A DNA stretch of 64,000 nt from a virus, in the IMG/VR virus record IMGVR_UViG_3300045919_000302, positions 85,292 to 149,291 of that record; one strand, 5' to 3'. The position numbers were made by a program, and so were the translations under genes. The notes beneath the pieces were generated by a model. The model worked only from the letters and a program-made list of their open reading frames with translations, was not told the DNA's origin and ran no database searches. Shown here one piece after another: positions 56,411 to 64,000 of the stretch. Each line of letters starts with the position of its first letter. Position 1 is the stretch's first letter.

Positions 56411-58372
56411 TCATGCGTTCACCACTTCCCCGCTGGTCAAGAAGCGCTTCTTTACGGTTACGCTTACAATTCCATTCTGGATAATCTGCTGCTTTCCGAC
56501 GATCAGATTCCCATCGGCATCAATATATTGAGATGGGGCGGTAATCTTCACGTTGATGTACCTGATATCGCCGGCAGCGTTTGCACCTCTGATCGCGTCC
56601 TCGATGTCAGAAACATAGAGGCTCTTCCCTGCCTGTCTCTTCACCAGGAGACCAAAAGGTGTGGTCGCCCTGACGAGTGAGTCCATGCTGATCTGCTCGA
56701 CGTCGGCCTTCACGGCGTTTTGATTGATTCCCATATCTACCTGGATATTGACTGGGACCACTTTGGAAATCCCGTCCACTGCCGTGACTGTAATCGCTGC
56801 ATCCGCAATGCTCTGGATCGAAGATTGAACCGCCTGAAGAGTCAGCGTACTTGGGGAGATGTACTTGTTGTTCGGGTCCACAGAAAGCACAACCACTTGG
56901 ACATTGTTTGCCTTGGATGTGTCGCTCATGGTTTGCGACAGGTAAGTGGAAAGACCGGAAACTGAACTTTGGATCAGACTGAAACCAGATGCCGACTGGG
57001 CAATAATTGGAGCCACACTAGAAATGCCCAAGAAAGAAAGACCGCTCACTCCGAGCGATCCCAATCCTCCGATAAAGAGTCCGGCAATCCCGCTCACCCC
57101 GAGTGACGGTTGACCCGTGAGTCCAAGAAACCCGATCCCAGTAACAGAGCTTCCATTCCATCCGAGAAGCTCGGTCCCGCTAATCCCAAGAGTGCCGATA
57201 CCACTAACTCCAAGTCCAGAGACCCCGCCGACAAGCAGGGAGGGAATCCCCGAGACCCCAAGAGAAGCCTGGCCAGTGACCGAGGTGGCCGCAATCCCGG
57301 TAACCGACTGGTTGACGAGCGCAATTCCAGAATTGATACCGGTGAAAGCAGACTGGATCGTGATATCATTATCGATACCGCGCATAATCTGAGCGTCGGC
57401 AAGGGACACGCCGGTCTGAAGAGCGATAGTATCGTAGTCCGATTTGATGACCGCAGCGTTCTGAGTTCGAAAGAAAGAGGACGAGAATGCACGGACGTGT
57501 CGGATGTCTTCCGCATCCTGGCCAGCATCCGATACAGGATTCGTCAGGGTCATCTGGATCGTCTGATTGTTGATCACCAAGGGGGTGGTTGGACTTAGAA
57601 TCTGATTCTTGCCAACCGATCCCTTTATTCCTTTCCCTGAGCGGTAGCTGATTACGATATGAGAGTTGACAGGAGGAATGCTTCCAGCAATCCCATCTCC
57701 GAATCTAAGTTTCGGAGGGTCCTCTGTGAATAGAATTTCGAAGATCGTGGCCGTTTGAAACTTGATGAGGTCCTGCCTGGTCCAGGAAGATCCGTCAACG
57801 GTCAGAATCATATCTTCTGCGTAAAGACTCTCTCCTGATGCAACGCCAAGGATCAAAAACTGCTGATTCGCAGATCCGTCGGATATGAAGGTCGTTCTGC
57901 GCGTTTGCCCCTCTTTAACCGGGATCGTGAATGTCGTTGTTCCAGGCGAAACGACGAAATCGATCGCGCCCTGGTATTCGTAAATCACACCGCCCGTGGC
58001 GTTGAACTGGAACCCCACGGGGATGGTAACTGGGAACGTGAATGGAGCGCCAGGCATGACTACCGAAATATTAACCGTCGCAGGTGCGGCTGGCTTGATC
58101 GGATAGCCCAACATTCGGGCAAGCTTTGTGATGGACTTATTGAGCCGCGCAGTCGCTAGAAACATCTCGCTTGCCCGGCGATTCACCAGAAAGCTCAGCG
58201 ACTGCATGGCAAATGCGAGCTGGTCGAGCATCGCGTTTCCAAGATTGGTGGCGATGGCGTTTTTGAAGTCTTCTGGGTAATTCGCCGCGAAATAAGCATC
58301 GGCTTCGTCACGATAGGTGCCGAAATCTTCCGCGATGAACTTTACTCTATTGATCTCATCGTTGACAGCCAT
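56411..58372 (-). CDS. baseplate wedge subunit (T4 gp6/P2 gpJ-like)
   Basis: EMFLATAR...LARMLGY, LRFGDGIAGSIPP, QNAAVIKSDY. Confidence 0.85.
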   Translation of the reverse strand: MAVNDEINRVKFIAEDFGTYRDEADAYFAANYPEDFKNAIATNLGNAMLDQLAFAMQSLSFLVNRRASEMFLATARLNKSITKLARMLGYPIKPAAPATVNISVVMPGAPFTFPVTIPVGFQFNATGGVIYEYQGAIDFVVSPGTTTFTIPVKEGQTRRTTFISDGSANQQFLILGVASGESLYAEDMILTVDGSSWTRQDLIKFQTATIFEILFTEDPPKLRFGDGIAGSIPPVNSHIVISYRSGKGIKGSVGKNQILSPTTPLVINNQTIQMTLTNPVSDAGQDAEDIRHVRAFSSSFFRTQNAAVIKSDYDTIALQTGVSLADAQIMRGIDNDITIQSAFTGINSGIALVNQSVTGIAATSVTGQASLGVSGIPSLLVGGVSGLGVSGIGTLGISGTELLGWNGSSVTGIGFLGLTGQPSLGVSGIAGLFIGGLGSLGVSGLSFLGISSVAPIIAQSASGFSLIQSSVSGLSTYLSQTMSDTSKANNVQVVVLSVDPNNKYISPSTLTLQAVQSSIQSIADAAITVTAVDGISKVVPVNIQVDMGINQNAVKADVEQISMDSLVRATTPFGLLVKRQAGKSLYVSDIEDAIRGANAAGDIRYINVKITAPSQYIDADGNLIVGKQQIIQNGIVSVTVKKRFLTSGEVVNA

Positions 58373-58743
58373 CAGCCCCTCGTTGCGATCGTAACAAGAC
58401 CCGTTTCGTCTCTCACGCCTTGAACCATGTATCGGATGTTGACGGACACGGTGTGGTTGTCGTCTTTAACATCGATGTCGACGATCTTGACCATAGGGAA
58501 CTCGTCCGCGACACCAGTAAGAATCTCTCTGCGAATCAAAGAGGCAAGCACCGGGCCGGTTGTTTCGAAGATCAACTTCTGTAGATCCGTCCCCAACGTC
58601 GGGCGCATCACGCGAGATCTGCGCGGGGTCCTTAGGAATACAATCAGATCTGACTGGACGACCTGAACTCCAGTGGCAGAGGCCGGCAAGCCCGCGCCTC
58701 CAATCCTAAACGGAAATGAGATCCCTGCAATCACGTTCGCCAT
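58372..58743 (-). CDS. baseplate gp25-like protein
   Basis: GISFPFR...LRTPRRSRVMRPTLGTDL. Confidence 0.85.
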   Translation of the reverse strand: MANVIAGISFPFRIGGAGLPASATGVQVVQSDLIVFLRTPRRSRVMRPTLGTDLQKLIFETTGPVLASLIRREILTGVADEFPMVKIVDIDVKDDNHTVSVNIRYMVQGVRDETGLVTIATRG

Positions 58744-58813
58744 CGTTCCTCTTTATACGTCAAGGTTGAGTGTAAATTACTCACCGCCCTAGTTCCACCA
58801 TCATGACCGAACG

Positions 58814-59281
58814 TCATGAGACAGTGATCTCGATCGTGGGTGTCTCTCCGGCTATGTCCGGGAGCGAGAAGTCAGGAAGCGCAGGGACCGCCGGCAAAGA
58901 CGGAAGCGATGGGAGCGACGGCAAGGACAATCCCGGCAGAGATGGGGATGGGAAGCTGATCGAAATGGACGGGGCGACCAGATCCAGGCCGACAGGAGCA
59001 TCGAAACTCGGAACTTCTGGCACCGACGGGAGTGCGGGCAGCGATGGCGCGGCGGGAAGTGACGGCAGCGGCAAGGCCGGAGTCGGGAAGCTGATCGAGA
59101 TCGACGGGGGAGATAATCCCTCCGGAGCCTCAAAGGTCGGGATCTCCGGGAGGGCGGGAAGCGACGGAAGCGAGGGCAGAGCTGGAAGCGACGGTAAGGG
59201 CAGAGCGGGAAGCGGAAGAAACAGCTTCGTCTGGAAAACGATTATCTGACCCACTCTGCCTGTCACGGTTATGGTGGGCAT
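58814..59281 (-). CDS. Pro/Leu-rich repeat protein
   Basis: Start MPTITV (TGATG overlap); xLP triplets and duplicated PSISISFP. Confidence 0.6.
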   Translation of the reverse strand: MPTITVTGRVGQIIVFQTKLFLPLPALPLPSLPALPSLPSLPALPEIPTFEAPEGLSPPSISISFPTPALPLPSLPAAPSLPALPSVPEVPSFDAPVGLDLVAPSISISFPSPSLPGLSLPSLPSLPSLPAVPALPDFSLPDIAGETPTIEITVS

Positions 59282-59814
59282 CACTGCACCGCGCAAACGC
59301 CGATCAGCGGCGTCGGTGTGGGTGCGATCGAGTTGATTCCAGTCACGATGTAAAAAAGAGAGGAGAAGGCTGAGTGGAACAGATCCGGGATTTGAGACGG
59401 TCCTGGGGTCGGTATGAGTGCAAGAAGTCCAGATAGAAGCGCCGCATACGAGGCCACGAGCGTTGGGCTCGGAATGATCGGAGGCGTGATGACAGAAAAA
59501 GTGGTCGCAGGACTGGGGACTCCAATCGACCCAGCGCTCGCCGACATGGTGGACGCTAGGATCGCGGTTTGCCAAGCGCTCGCCATGGCCAGCTTCCCGG
59601 ATATCGGGTCCACCGTCGGGACGAGCGACGACAGGGGAGCCAGGAATACGGCCTTATTAAAGGTGAACGAGCTGCTGCCAATGAATGGAGTCCCGAGCTG
59701 CATCTTCCCAGTTACCCTGGCATCGATGTAGTTGGCGAGGTTTTCCATCGAAGAGTTTTTGTTCTTCGGGATCTTCTCGAACTCAGACTTCCAAGTGGGA
59801 AGAGAATCGATCAT
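59281..59814 (-). CDS. baseplate spike-associated protein
   Basis: Position after gp5-like gene. Confidence 0.55.
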   Translation of the reverse strand: MIDSLPTWKSEFEKIPKNKNSSMENLANYIDARVTGKMQLGTPFIGSSSFTFNKAVFLAPLSSLVPTVDPISGKLAMASAWQTAILASTMSASAGSIGVPSPATTFSVITPPIIPSPTLVASYAALLSGLLALIPTPGPSQIPDLFHSAFSSLFYIVTGINSIAPTPTPLIGVCAVQ

Positions 59815-60368
59815 GCTCTAGTCCAAGCGTATCCGCCGTGAGTGGTCCTTTTACCCTTAAGGCAGGAGCAGATGGCAGACGGATGAAAACCGTCTGCCCT
59901 GGCGTGGTAGTAACTTTCGTACCTCTTGACCGCTCTCCCGTCTAGGCTCGTCGCAATTACCGGGCATCTACTGCTCTCCCATCTTTGACGAGAACCCCTT
60001 TTTGCATTTTCCAGGTACTCAATCACCCTAATGTTTTCGACTTCATATCCACGATCATTATCTATGCGATCGACTGATGGGCGCTTGCAGGCAGCTATCT
60101 GGTCAGCGACCGAGTCACACCAATAAAAAAATTCTTCCTTTGTCATTTTTAACGGGCGATCGACGCCATTGGCGAGCCAGTCTTTAGATCTAAGTAAAAT
60201 ACTTTGCCAGCGGTGGGTTTTAAAGTGCTGCAAGGTACCTTTAATCGAGGACTGAAACTTGGAACATGCGATGCATCTGGACATAACCCCGTGCTTATAC
60301 TTCTCGCTCTTCCAGAAGAGCGCTAGGGGCTTCTCGTTTTTGCAATGACAGCACTTCTTCTTAATCAT
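59811..60368 (-). CDS. free-standing HNH endonuclease with NUMOD1-like C-terminus
   Basis: CCHC...CIAC, PSVDRIDNDRGYEVENIRVI, YES...AICSCLKGKRTTHGGYAW. Confidence 0.85.
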   Translation of the reverse strand: MIKKKCCHCKNEKPLALFWKSEKYKHGVMSRCIACSKFQSSIKGTLQHFKTHRWQSILLRSKDWLANGVDRPLKMTKEEFFYWCDSVADQIAACKRPSVDRIDNDRGYEVENIRVIEYLENAKRGSRQRWESSRCPVIATSLDGRAVKRYESYYHARADGFHPSAICSCLKGKRTTHGGYAWTRA

Positions 60369-61306
60369 GGGACATTTAACGGGACTCGGACGTGAGTTGA
60401 TTTCCAGCTTGTGACCGGACTCGCATTATAGACCGCAGGCTGAATGATCGGGGGACCGGAGGGGCCGAGCACGGTCGGCACGGTAAGTGTGGAGAGGTAC
60501 AATTCCAGGTTGTCCGCAATGCAGACGCCCAGGTTTGCGTGATTACCCAGGACGATCGTGCTCGCGGTTAAAACAACCTGGGAACTCGCAGTGATCTCAA
60601 TCGCCTTGTCAGTGATGCTCAGGATCTGCTTGCCTGAAGAATCAGCCAAAGAAATCTTATCGTCGAGCTTGATGAAGGATCCGTCCGGGGACTTTACGGT
60701 CACCTCTTTCTTCTTGTTGTTCATGAATAGGAGTGCTCCGTCAGGGGTCGCGGCCGTGATGTTCCCGTCCTTGTTGATCTGGATCGCGGCGTTGCTTGCG
60801 TGTTGGATGTAAAAACCCTCCTTCCCGGCGGTGTCGTCGATCACCATATAGCTCTTGCCGTTCAGAAAGGAGATCTTGAGTTTCCCATCTGTTTCGTCGA
60901 CCAATATTTTCTGACCGCTCTTGAAAACCCACCCACGCACATTCGGACCGTCAGATCCGTAGCCCCGCCGAAAAGCTGAGGGCAACTCCCCTTGAGCCCA
61001 GAATCCGCCCATATATCTCGGGAAATTGATACTCCCGTTTTCAAAAACGACGTCAACGATCTCGCCTTTGTACGGCGGAAAGAAGCCACCAGTGTCCTTT
61101 CCTGCTAAGTCAGATCCGGCAGGATACGCCCACTGCGCCAACGGCTCGTTCTCACCGAATATGGATGGCAGAGATACTTTGATCCGACCGCGCTGCTCAG
61201 GGTCGTTCGTGTCTTCAACCACGCCAGGGTAAACTGAGTAGTACTTATCATAATACTCCAGGCCGATCTTTCTAATCTTGTCTAAGAACTCAAGGAAGAG
61301 GTTCAT
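60365..61306 (-). CDS. baseplate spike (gp5/gpV OB-fold + beta-helix)
   Basis: YPGVVEDTNDPEQRGRIKV...GGFFPPYKGEIVDVVFENG. Confidence 0.88.
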   Translation of the reverse strand: MNLFLEFLDKIRKIGLEYYDKYYSVYPGVVEDTNDPEQRGRIKVSLPSIFGENEPLAQWAYPAGSDLAGKDTGGFFPPYKGEIVDVVFENGSINFPRYMGGFWAQGELPSAFRRGYGSDGPNVRGWVFKSGQKILVDETDGKLKISFLNGKSYMVIDDTAGKEGFYIQHASNAAIQINKDGNITAATPDGALLFMNNKKKEVTVKSPDGSFIKLDDKISLADSSGKQILSITDKAIEITASSQVVLTASTIVLGNHANLGVCIADNLELYLSTLTVPTVLGPSGPPIIQPAVYNASPVTSWKSTHVRVPLNVP

Positions 61307-62673
61307 GAAATCCCACTCGTCTCCGGCCTTACATCGACGCCAAGACCACTCGATACACTTTCAGCTCCGCTCTGAAGCTTCTGTAGTCCCGAGTCGATCA
61401 ATGTAGAAAAGCCCCCGGTCATAGCCAGGTTGACATGAGTTTCAATGCCACTATCACTCATCTCATGGGTGACCTCGTAGAGGTCGTAGGCCCCAGACAG
61501 AAACGGTACCCCGGCGACAGTCACCTTCACCGGCCTGCCAGGAAGAAGATCGACAATGCCAACCGTTGTAATCTCATACCGAAGGGCACTCTCTAGCGCC
61601 GCATGGACCGCAGCCACCACCGTTCCGGCGAGCGAATGCCCCTCTCCGCTGTTGGGTACGTGGATAGTTTTTACTTTTTTCCCAGCTCCGGATCCGGAAA
61701 TGGAACCGTCCCGGGATGCGTGGGTGTCAGTAAACCTCTTGGCAGACTCAGCTCCGGCCTTTTCGGTTCGCCTTGCCTTGGTGGAAGAATCTATGCCAGT
61801 GGCATTGAGTCCAAAACTTTGGCCGGCGAGGTAGTTGTTAATATCGGTCTGCATGTTTATAATCGGATAAACCCCCTTATTTGGGTTGATCTGACTCCAC
61901 AGAACAAAAGTTGCCCCAGATTTTCTCTTCCTCATGAAGTCTTTGCTGATCAATTCATAAACAGGCTTGCTGTTCTTGCTTTTCATGCCGCTCTGATAGA
62001 GCGAGCAGTTAGCATCATGCAGGATGTCATTTGCGATGCTAAAATTGGACTGGTTCATGTTGATCTTGTGAATCTTACTGAGGGCTTTGGCGGCCTGGGA
62101 GTCATTCGGGTCGATCGATATTTCAATCTCTGGCCCAAGAAGAGATTGAATCAATTGGAGCCCGGTCTTGCTGTCAGAGGGCTTTCCACTGGAAACCTTG
62201 GTCTGTTCGAAGTACATCCCGGTCGCTTTGATGGTGATCGAGATACCATCAACTCCGATCTTTACTTCCGGAACGAGGAGCAGGCCCTTGAAGTAGGGCG
62301 ACTGCTTACCACCGTGGTGAAACTTGATGACGACGGTATTGAAGTTGATGCTCGATTTTGAGGCACTCGCAAAGTCTTTGTCGTTTCCGAGAGGTTCGCC
62401 CGTAGCCGATTTGATGGAGAAGCCGATCCCGAGCACGCCGCTCTGAATCAGCTTTATCGCCTGATCGAATGGTGGATTGAAAGTCACCTCGATGTTAGTG
62501 AAACGGAGAAGACTGACGTGGACCTTGGCGTGCGACACGAAGTTGGCGAACTGATCCGAGTTCCCATCCCCACCTTCACCGAAGACGATGTTTCGCAGAG
62601 AACGCGCCACCCCGTCCTTTGATTTAAAATAAATCTCAACGCTCCCGCCGTAGAGGTCGATTATGTCGGCCAT
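61303..62673 (-). CDS. baseplate hub (gp27/gpD-like)
   Basis: TVGIVDLLPG...LSGAYDLYEVTH; position. Confidence 0.65.
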   Translation of the reverse strand: MADIIDLYGGSVEIYFKSKDGVARSLRNIVFGEGGDGNSDQFANFVSHAKVHVSLLRFTNIEVTFNPPFDQAIKLIQSGVLGIGFSIKSATGEPLGNDKDFASASKSSINFNTVVIKFHHGGKQSPYFKGLLLVPEVKIGVDGISITIKATGMYFEQTKVSSGKPSDSKTGLQLIQSLLGPEIEISIDPNDSQAAKALSKIHKINMNQSNFSIANDILHDANCSLYQSGMKSKNSKPVYELISKDFMRKRKSGATFVLWSQINPNKGVYPIINMQTDINNYLAGQSFGLNATGIDSSTKARRTEKAGAESAKRFTDTHASRDGSISGSGAGKKVKTIHVPNSGEGHSLAGTVVAAVHAALESALRYEITTVGIVDLLPGRPVKVTVAGVPFLSGAYDLYEVTHEMSDSGIETHVNLAMTGGFSTLIDSGLQKLQSGAESVSSGLGVDVRPETSGIS

Positions 62674-64000
62674 TACATGCCATTCCAGAGAGCTTCGAGG
62701 TAACTCAATCCGGAGTCAGAGGTCTTCAGCTTCCCAGTGATAACCATCGGCTTGTCCTTCTGAAGTTCTGCCACCACTTTCCCAAAGCCCTCCTTCATCG
62801 TATTATTGAGGGCGTCATTGTTCGCATCCTGGGCCGGCGTTGCCGCCTTATCGAGAAGAGCCCTACGGTCGCTATCGATGGACGCCTGTTGGGCCGCGAG
62901 ATTTTCAGTGGTCTTCTGATTCGGATCCAAGAAGTTCGGAGAGTCCTTCAGAAAGTCGGCAAAAGCCATTGTCACGGGCTTGGTCTTAAGGCTTTCATTG
63001 TGGCTATCATTGAGCCAATCGCCAGCGCGGCCAGCAATAGCGCCAATTGTGCGAGCCTTCATCTCTAACATTCTTGGAATATTGAACGCATCCAAAAATG
63101 GGTTACCAAGCGACGGCGTTGCCGGAGTCATAAGCTTCTTTTCATCGATGTCTCTTTGTTCCTTGGTTCTGGTCGCATGAGCTGGGACGTCGTCTTTCTG
63201 GCCGGTTAAATCCTTCCAAGCATGCTTTAGTCCATCGTAGACGGACTCGACCTCTTTCGGGGCCAACTTCCATACCGCATAGAGTGCGGCAGCGGCTGCC
63301 CCCAGTCCGATAAGTATCGGAATAAGAGGTGCCAATAGAACGGCTGCGCTGCCGAGCATGCTCAGTACCGGACCTATGTACTTAATCCCCGTCAAGGAGT
63401 TCCAGAGCTGTGAGAAGACGCCCGATTTATCGCCAGCCTTATCTCCGGAATCACCACTACCCTTCTGTCTATCGGCAATCAGAGCACCGATCACAGTATG
63501 TGGATCGGATGGATTCTCGCCGATGAGCCTCGCCACCTTAGACAGGGCAGCTATCTGGGCCTCGTTGTTTTTCTTCGCCTCAGAATTCTTACGAAGGCTC
63601 TGCCAAACAGACGATGCCACCTTGATCGGACCCATGAGTGCAGAACTCAGGAGGCCGAACAACGCCTTGAATTGATCCGGAATCATGCTCTTCAGATCCA
63701 CTCCGACAGATTGTAAAAAGTTATGGGCCGAGCCGGCCACCTTCCCCATCCATGAGCTAACGGAACCAAGAACGTCCTTCATTGTCTTGAATTTTTTCTT
63801 CCATTTTTCGACTGCTTTCAGATTTTCTGCCATGCCCTTGGCTAGATACCCGATAGCGGTTCTCGACTCTAAAGTGACGTTTCCTGCTCCATCCATATCG
63901 ATTTTGAATTTTTCGAGCTGAGCCCTGAACTGCTTACCCGCATCCCCTCCCAGTGCGTCCTGGATTTGTTTGACGAACTCCTTAGACCCGGCAGAAAGAT
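62673..64000 (-). CDS. tape measure protein, C-terminal part (5' end outside window)
   Basis: Frame stays open to base 64000; helical A/G/L/K-rich with hydrophobic segment. Confidence 0.65.
   Translation of the reverse strand, partial: LSAGSKEFVKQIQDALGGDAGKQFRAQLEKFKIDMDGAGNVTLESRTAIGYLAKGMAENLKAVEKWKKKFKTMKDVLGSVSSWMGKVAGSAHNFLQSVGVDLKSMIPDQFKALFGLLSSALMGPIKVASSVWQSLRKNSEAKKNNEAQIAALSKVARLIGENPSDPHTVIGALIADRQKGSGDSGDKAGDKSGVFSQLWNSLTGIKYIGPVLSMLGSAAVLLAPLIPILIGLGAAAAALYAVWKLAPKEVESVYDGLKHAWKDLTGQKDDVPAHATRTKEQRDIDEKKLMTPATPSLGNPFLDAFNIPRMLEMKARTIGAIAGRAGDWLNDSHNESLKTKPVTMAFADFLKDSPNFLDPNQKTTENLAAQQASIDSDRRALLDKAATPAQDANNDALNNTMKEGFGKVVAELQKDKPMVITGKLKTSDSGLSYLEALWNGM

Noticed and set aside
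52439-58791. Shared TAGGGCGGT upstream of two structural genes as a late promoter
   Set aside because: Only two 9-bp copies at different distances from the starts; chance is not excluded.
58803-59249. Plus-strand collagen-like ORF
   Set aside because: Antisense shadow of the xLP repeats; the minus ORF is coupled into the operon.
1-64000. tRNA/rRNA, integrase, DNA polymerase, capsid and terminase genes
   Set aside because: None recognised by eye; they may lie outside the window. tRNAscan was not run.

Overview
A 64 kb segment of a large tailed dsDNA bacteriophage with a contractile (myovirus-type) tail. Nearly all genes are on the minus strand and many are translationally coupled (ATGA/GTGA overlaps). 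In transcription order (right to left): (1) tail/baseplate module, ~64-40 kb: tape-measure C-terminus, hub, gp5-like spike, gp25, gp6/J-like wedge, collagen-like and other fibres, tail collar, holin-like genes, CIS tube-like protein; (2) accessory region, ~39-22.7 kb: small ORFs, regulators, lipoproteins, epimerase, nucleotidyltransferase, RusA, methyltransferase, phosphoesterase; (3) replication/recombination module, ~22.6-2.4 kb: SNF2 helicase, HTH initiator, degenerate DnaC, DnaB, primase, two glycosyltransferases, SSB, SF2 helicase, Gp157-like, Cas4-like nuclease, ParB; then an M15 endolysin. The window carries two inteins and at least four free-standing HNH genes. The standout observation is the SNF2 helicase intein: it has no in-frame endonuclease but contains a complete Vsr/DUF559-type endonuclease gene in the +1 frame with its own SD and TTG start, so 633 nt are dual-coding. 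Also notable: a 28-bp quasi-palindrome at four gene junctions, a 6-nt TAG-CTT insertion in a phosphoesterase metal-binding motif, a structured leader and possible antisense RNA before the initiator, a shared promoter motif with several apparently leaderless genes, and Sec signal peptides on two fibre proteins. All family assignments are from motif recognition by eye; no database searches were run.
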